DNA from: Dehalococcoidales bacterium
Lineage (GTDB): Bacteria > Chloroflexota > Dehalococcoidia > Dehalococcoidales > UBA5627
DNA: 64,000 bases
Reading direction: 5' to 3'
Assembly (NCBI GenBank): GCA_028707255.1
Contig: JAQTUQ010000002.1
Span: forward strand, 8,900-72,899
A program made the translations under genes and the position numbers. The notes beneath the pieces are model-generated. The model was not told the DNA's origin. It searched no databases and saw nothing but the letters and a program-made list of their open reading frames with translations. This document shows positions 58,980 through 64,000 of this stretch, one piece after another; the stretch's first letter is position 1, and every line of letters starts with the position of its first letter.

Positions 58980-60017
58980 TTATGACTTGCCCTTGGCGTG
59001 TTTTCTGCGGCGGCGGCGCGGTTCCTGTTCCTTCTCTTTCTCTTTTTCCTGCGCCTTCTCCTCTTTTTTCGGCGCAAGCTCTTTCATCGCCATTTCCACC
59101 CGTGCGCCGCTCTCCACTTCCAAAAACACCGTCCCCTTGAGTGGATTCCCCCCTACCACTACTGCCGCCCCAAGCGATGTCTGGATATTCTCGCCGTTCT
59201 TTAATAATTCCTTTTTCATATCACGGTACTGCTCGAATTCATAACCGAGACAGCATAACAGTCGCCCGCAGGTACCTGATATTTTCATCGGATTCAGCGG
59301 CAGGTTTTGCTCTTTGGCCATCTTGATGGATACAGGATTGAATTCGTTTAAAAAGGTTGCGCAGCAGAGCGGTCGTCCACATCTGCCGTAACCGCCGATA
59401 AGTTTTGCTTCGTCGCGCGGACCTACCTGTCTCATCTCGATTCTGGCTTTCAGTTTATGACTGAGTTCACGCACCAGTTCACGGAAATCGATTCTGCCTT
59501 CGGCGCCGAAGAAAATGGTCAGGTGATTGCCCTCCAGGTTATATTCCGCCGAAATCAGCTTCATCGGCAGAGCCATCTTTCTAACAATCGCTGCGCACTC
59601 CACCAGGGCTTCGTCTTCCCTTGCTTCCAGCCTGTCGGCATTTTCCAGGTCTTCTTTCGTAGCTACACGCACTACTGGTTTAAGGGGTTTATTTACCATA
59701 TTATCGGGAACTTTAACAACAGTACGGGCTACCTGTCCCACTTCTATACCGCGTGCCGTCTCAACCACAACATCGTCACCACTTTTTAGCTCAAGACCGG
59801 AAGGATCGAATGAATAGACTTTGCCCGCCTTTTTAAAACGGATACCAACAACATCGACCATCAGGGTTTCTGCAGGTTCTGCCATAGCACCCGCCAAAGG
59901 AACTTCTACGGTTTCCTGAGAGACTTCCTCAATTTTCTCTTCCGGTTTCTGTTCGGAAGAGTCCTCCGGTAGCGCGTTATTATTTATATCTATATTTAAT
60001 CCTTCATTTACATCCAT
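58980..60017 (-). CDS. ricT: PSP1-domain protein (RicT/YaaT-like)
   Basis: 345 aa. The PSP1 C-terminal domain has Cys motifs (GRCGRPLCC, GTCGRLLCCL). The C-terminal tail is rich in Lys, Glu and Arg. Lies downstream of holB, as in many bacteria. Confidence 0.85.
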   Translation of the reverse strand: MDVNEGLNIDINNNALPEDSSEQKPEEKIEEVSQETVEVPLAGAMAEPAETLMVDVVGIRFKKAGKVYSFDPSGLELKSGDDVVVETARGIEVGQVARTVVKVPDNMVNKPLKPVVRVATKEDLENADRLEAREDEALVECAAIVRKMALPMKLISAEYNLEGNHLTIFFGAEGRIDFRELVRELSHKLKARIEMRQVGPRDEAKLIGGYGRCGRPLCCATFLNEFNPVSIKMAKEQNLPLNPMKISGTCGRLLCCLGYEFEQYRDMKKELLKNGENIQTSLGAAVVVGGNPLKGTVFLEVESGARVEMAMKELAPKKEEKAQEKEKEKEQEPRRRRRKHAKGKS

Positions 60018-60022
60018 TTGTC

Positions 60023-61054
60023 TTACCTCTTAACGATATTGCCTGTCATCACGGGAATATCCAGCATCATTACTTCCAGAACCAATCTCGAATTGGCATT
60101 CAGATTTAGCTGTTCCTTTGCTTCCAGTATGGCTTGAATCGAATTCCTGATACCGGCAATGTCGATACCGGCAGACCACTGTCTTAACCATTCTTCGATA
60201 TCTATATTATTTACAGACTCCGTCAGTCCCGTCTTTAATAAAAGTATGTCCCGCCAGATATTGAGCCAGATATCCATTATGTCATAAACGGCTGCCCTAT
60301 CTTTTGAAAATTGCGTCGATAACGTGGCGGCATAATTAAAACGCTCCTGTAAACCCGCCGCAATTATTTCCAGCGCCCTGTTTCTTTTTTCGATAAAATT
60401 CTCCAGAATCTTATCGTCCTGTGCCGCCGATAAAGCCCAACCGAAACATCCGTGACTGAGTCTGCTTAAAACAGAAGCCTTTTGCATCTCTATATCATAG
60501 ACCGTAATTAAAGTTTTTTCTATTTCTGCTACTGCTATCGGGTTTAAAGAGATTTTCTGGCAACGGGAAATGACCGTTTCCGGTATGAGGCTGGCATTGG
60601 TCGTTAACAGTATAAAAACCGCTTGCGTTACCGGTTCCTCCAGTGTCTTTAAGAGGCAATTGGCGGCTTCGATGGACATCGATTCCGCGCCTTCGATGAT
60701 AAAGGCTTTGTGTTTACCCTCGAAAGGAGGCAGACTGACCGTATGTTGTATCTGCCTGATGTCATCGATGCTGATTTCCGTGCGCGTCTTGCCCTCTTCC
60801 TCTTCATTTTCGGAAATTAAGGAAATTACCTGAACATCGGCATGCTTTCCCTGCTGTATTTTTAAACAGGATTCGCATTCGTTGCAGGGAGGGGCGTCTC
60901 TTTCACAGTTGATCGCCTGAGCTATGTCTACAGCAAGCGTCATTTTACCTATGTGATTGGGACCTGAAATCAGAAAAGCATGAGACAGGGTTTTCTTTTC
61001 AAGGCTGCGGTTAAGCAGTGAAACGACGCTCTCCTGCCCGATTACTCTCCACAT
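60023..61054 (-). CDS. holB: DNA polymerase III subunit delta'
   Basis: 343 aa with HAFLISGPNHIGKMTLA, the zinc module CNECESC, and SRCQ. Confidence 0.88.
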   Translation of the reverse strand: MWRVIGQESVVSLLNRSLEKKTLSHAFLISGPNHIGKMTLAVDIAQAINCERDAPPCNECESCLKIQQGKHADVQVISLISENEEEEGKTRTEISIDDIRQIQHTVSLPPFEGKHKAFIIEGAESMSIEAANCLLKTLEEPVTQAVFILLTTNASLIPETVISRCQKISLNPIAVAEIEKTLITVYDIEMQKASVLSRLSHGCFGWALSAAQDDKILENFIEKRNRALEIIAAGLQERFNYAATLSTQFSKDRAAVYDIMDIWLNIWRDILLLKTGLTESVNNIDIEEWLRQWSAGIDIAGIRNSIQAILEAKEQLNLNANSRLVLEVMMLDIPVMTGNIVKR

Positions 61055-61080
61055 AATTTTACGCCCCCTGTTTGCTGTAT

Positions 61081-62391
61081 CTATAACAGGTCATTCCTGA
61101 TAAGGTCTTGAAGAGTATCACGCTTGCGAATTATACGGGCAGCCCCTTCTTTTACCATGATAATGGCCGGTTTTAAGGAAGCATTGTAATTACTAGACAT
61201 CGGTATACAATAAGCGCCGCAAACGGGCATTGCAACAATATCTCCGTAAGCAACAGGCGGCAACTTGATTTCCTGTATCAAAATGTCTCCCGATTCACAG
61301 AACTTGCCGGCAATCGTTACGGTATCCGTATCTTCAGCATTCGCCTTGTTGGCAAGTACCGCTTCATACTCCGCTTCGTATAGGGCGGGACGGATATTGT
61401 CCGCCATGCCCCCATCCACCGACACATAATGCTTCAATCCCGATATATCCTTGGTCATACCGACCTTGTAAAGAGCAACCCCTGCCCGGGCAACCATCGC
61501 CCTGCCCGGTTCTATAGTCAGTGAAGGCAAAGGCATATCCAGCGCATTGCATCTGTTGAATAGCCTGGATACGATCGCTTCGGCAAAAGCGGCAATTTTA
61601 ACATTGGGGGAGTTAACGGTATATCTGACCGGGAATCCGCCGCCGATATCCAGTTCTTCCAGCTCGAAACCGTATTTTCTTTCCATTTGAGAAGCAAATT
61701 CCAGCATCACGTCGATTGCCTCGACATACGGCTGGGTTTCATTAATCAGCGAACCGATATGGCAGTGCAATCCGACCAGATTTAAGCTTTCCAGTGACAT
61801 TGCCATCGATACTGCTCTGTCGGCATCGAAAAGCGGAAAGCCGAACTTGCTTCCGGAAACACCTGTCGTTATATGCTGGTGAGTATGCGCATCCACTCCC
61901 GGAGTAATCCGTAAAAGTATATCTGGTATGCATCCCGTTTCTTCAGCCAGCTTTGCCAGCAGTTTAAGCTCATCGAAGCCGTCTACCACAATACGGGCAA
62001 TACGGTTTCTTAACGCCATTTTCAACTCTTCAACCGATTTATTATTGCCGTGCAGGTATATCATATCATTGGGGAAGTTGACGGATTCAGCAATCGAGTA
62101 CTCGCCGGCTGAAACCACGTCGAGCCCGATGCCCTCTTCCTTTAATATAGAAGCGACCGAGCGGTTCAGGAATGCCTTGCTGGCAAATACAACGGTGGTA
62201 TCTTCATATCTCCGGCTAAACTCGCTCTTGAATTCGCGGCACATACTGCGCAGGGTATTTTCATCGAAAACGTATAGAGGTGTGCCGTACTCCTTAGCCA
62301 GTTCAACCGCATCGCATCCGCCGATGACAAGATGACCGTCTTTACTGACTTCCGTACCTGTTGGAAAAAGCGCAATTCTCTGTGTATTCAT
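61081..62391 (-). CDS. lysA: Diaminopimelate decarboxylase
   Basis: An alanine-racemase-like barrel (YGTPLYVFD, FASKAF, EPGRAMVA) with a C-terminal beta domain (CESGD). The ATG at 62391 is preferred over the track TTG at 62412. Confidence 0.92.
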   Translation of the reverse strand: MNTQRIALFPTGTEVSKDGHLVIGGCDAVELAKEYGTPLYVFDENTLRSMCREFKSEFSRRYEDTTVVFASKAFLNRSVASILKEEGIGLDVVSAGEYSIAESVNFPNDMIYLHGNNKSVEELKMALRNRIARIVVDGFDELKLLAKLAEETGCIPDILLRITPGVDAHTHQHITTGVSGSKFGFPLFDADRAVSMAMSLESLNLVGLHCHIGSLINETQPYVEAIDVMLEFASQMERKYGFELEELDIGGGFPVRYTVNSPNVKIAAFAEAIVSRLFNRCNALDMPLPSLTIEPGRAMVARAGVALYKVGMTKDISGLKHYVSVDGGMADNIRPALYEAEYEAVLANKANAEDTDTVTIAGKFCESGDILIQEIKLPPVAYGDIVAMPVCGAYCIPMSSNYNASLKPAIIMVKEGAARIIRKRDTLQDLIRNDLL

Positions 62392-62588
62392 GTTTAAATG
62401 ATAGCAATACAAGATAGTTCAAGTCAATTAATTCAAGATATAACCGCTAAACGATTTCTCTTGACAGGGCAGAATATCAATATTATCGTCTTATAGAGAT
62501 TTTCTATTCTCATCCTATTCCCTCTTTGCGGAAAGCTTTACAGAACGAATGTTAATAAGCTAAAATACCCCTACGAATAAGGAGTGTC

Positions 62589-63287
62589 ATGATAAAAGCA
62601 GTATTTTTCGATATGTACAATACCCTCGTTTGCTACGATCCCCCCAGAGAAGAAAGTCAGGCGAATGCATTAAAACAATTCGGATTCGATTTTAAGCCGC
62701 AGCAGCTTTCAGCTCCCATAATTGCCGCAGACGAGTATTTTTATGATGAAAATGCAAAGCTCGCTCTCGCCAAACGCAGTGACGATGAAAAAAAGAATCT
62801 CTGGGCACAATATGAAGCGGTATTTTTAAAAGAAGCCGGAATCATGCCTACAAAAGAACTGATAACAGGCCTGCTTCTTGAAATGAAAAACTTTAAATAT
62901 GAAATGGTTATTTACGAAGACGTAATTCCTACTCTTACCGAAATAAAAAACAGGGAATTGATAACCGGGCTTGTTTCCAACGCGGATAGAGACATGACGG
63001 CAATGCTGGAAAGATTACAGCTCAATACGCTGCTGGATGTGATTGTTACATCCCAGGAAGTCGGTTTTACCAAACCGCACCGCCAAATATTCGAAGCGGT
63101 CGTAGACAGAGCCGGAATCAAAGCCGAAGAGGCAATATATATCGGAGACCAGTATAAGATAGATGTACTGGGAGCCATAAATGCCGGGATGTCGGGAATT
63201 TTGCTCGACCGCTCGGATTATTATAAAAACGATGGTATCAAAGAACCGAGGATAACCAATTTGGGACAGCTTATCGAACTGATATAA
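62589..63287 (+). CDS. HAD-superfamily hydrolase (subfamily IA-like)
   Basis: 232 aa. Motif I is FFDMYNTL, motif II is VSNA, and motif IV is IGDQYKIDVLGA. Confidence 0.75.
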   Translation: MIKAVFFDMYNTLVCYDPPREESQANALKQFGFDFKPQQLSAPIIAADEYFYDENAKLALAKRSDDEKKNLWAQYEAVFLKEAGIMPTKELITGLLLEMKNFKYEMVIYEDVIPTLTEIKNRELITGLVSNADRDMTAMLERLQLNTLLDVIVTSQEVGFTKPHRQIFEAVVDRAGIKAEEAIYIGDQYKIDVLGAINAGMSGILLDRSDYYKNDGIKEPRITNLGQLIELI

Positions 63288-63315
63288 AATTGATATTCGA
63301 GGGAGGAAGGTTATT

Positions 63316-63783
63316 ATGTTAACTATATCCAGCCCCGACTTTAAAAACAATGAAGTTTTACCGGCAAAGTTTACCGGTGAAGGACAAAACATCTCTCCTG
63401 CCCTCAATTGGTCGGATATTCCTGCAAATGCCGCGTCGCTAGCAGTAATCATGGATGACCCCGACGCCCCATCCGGATTATTTACCCACTGGATAATATT
63501 TAACATTTCGCCTGACAGCAAAAGTCTTCCGCAAGCCATTCCCAATAAGCTCAAAATGGAAAACGGCTCGATGCAGGGTAAGAATACCGCCGGAACTATC
63601 GGGTATTACGGACCCTACCCTCCTCCCGGACTGCCGCATCGTTATCAGTTCCATTTATATGCATTGGATAAGATGATTGACGCTAAACCGGGAGCAACCA
63701 GAAAAGAGGTGCTCGAGGCAATGCATGGACACATTATCTTATCCACAATGATAACAGGCATTTACCAGAGGACGCACAGGTAA
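63316..63783 (+). CDS. YbhB/YbcL-family PEBP (Raf kinase inhibitor-like) protein
   Basis: 155 aa with DPDAPSGLFTHW and GYYGPYPPPGLPHRYQFHLYALD. Confidence 0.9.
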   Translation: MLTISSPDFKNNEVLPAKFTGEGQNISPALNWSDIPANAASLAVIMDDPDAPSGLFTHWIIFNISPDSKSLPQAIPNKLKMENGSMQGKNTAGTIGYYGPYPPPGLPHRYQFHLYALDKMIDAKPGATRKEVLEAMHGHIILSTMITGIYQRTHR

Positions 63784-63831
63784 TCACATTTTCCTATAAC
63801 AGAGTTGACTGACTTATCGGAGATAGTGAAA

Positions 63832-64000
63832 ATGAAAATCAATGCATTAAAGCTATGGTTTCTGAGCACGGTAACACTGCTGGTGGTTGCGTTGACTATG
63901 CGCATGGTTTGGGAAGCACTGACTGCATATGCGATAGGAACCATTATAATTTCAACTCTGCTGGTACTTATAATACTCGGAGTATATTCCGCAACTATCT
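63832..64000 (+). CDS. Hypothetical membrane protein, N-terminal fragment running off the window end
   Basis: The ATG at 63832 gives MKINALKLWFLSTVTLLVVALTMRMVWEALTAYAIGTIIISTLLVLIILGVYSATI, which contains two hydrophobic helices and stays open to the window end. Confidence 0.4.
   Translation, partial: MKINALKLWFLSTVTLLVVALTMRMVWEALTAYAIGTIIISTLLVLIILGVYSATI

Noticed and set aside
62392-62588. Lysine riboswitch upstream of lysA.
   Set aside because: On the minus strand, this leader of about 200 nt shows none of the conserved L-box core sequences that I can recall. It is shared with the divergent HAD gene promoter.

Overview
This 64-kb window is chromosomal DNA from a bacterium. Bacterial markers include sigma-70 RpoD, DnaG, DnaB, an F1Fo ATP synthase, RF2 and UvrABC-type UvrA. 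G+C is moderate. The gene content and the 'boilerplate' intergenic repeats suggest a Chloroflexota/Dehalococcoidia-like lineage, but that placement is tentative and cannot be proven from sequence alone.

Most of the window is densely packed housekeeping: hisZ-hisG, NfeD-SPFH, birA, pilT, H+-pyrophosphatase, biotin carboxylase, glutamine-synthetase-like, dnaX-ybaB-recR, recO, lysS, serS, tRNA-Ser(UGA), prfB with its canonical +1 frameshift, nfi, rpsP, a complete nine-gene atp operon, ppsA, dgt-like, dnaG-rpoD, uvrA, trxB, rplI-dnaB-dnaD-like-dnaC-like, an HNH gene, ricT-holB, lysA, and HAD and PEBP genes.

Findings that stand out, in order of interest:
1. An AT-rich gene with an RNxxxH (HEPN-like) motif sits in the position normally held by sbcD. 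It lies directly upstream of an SbcD-less Rad50/SbcC-type zinc-hook ATPase, in a repeat-bracketed islet between rpoD and uvrA. This is my best candidate for an undescribed two-gene system.
2. A tubulin-superfamily gene looks CetZ-like (archaeal cell-shape tubulin) rather than FtsZ-like, inside a bacterial genome.
3. dnaX is interrupted by a single in-frame TAG.
4. A DnaC/IstB-like helicase loader carries two tandem AAA+ modules and a CxxCxGxG zinc finger, downstream of dnaB and a DnaD-domain gene.
5. An HNH endonuclease gene is flanked by a near-perfect 33-nt inverted pair of REP-like hairpins.
6. Several families of short dispersed intergenic repeats are present.
7. An 800-aa Ig-repeat, sequon-rich, membrane-anchored surface protein is a candidate S-layer protein.

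I found no CRISPR array, no rRNA, and no integrase or transposase.
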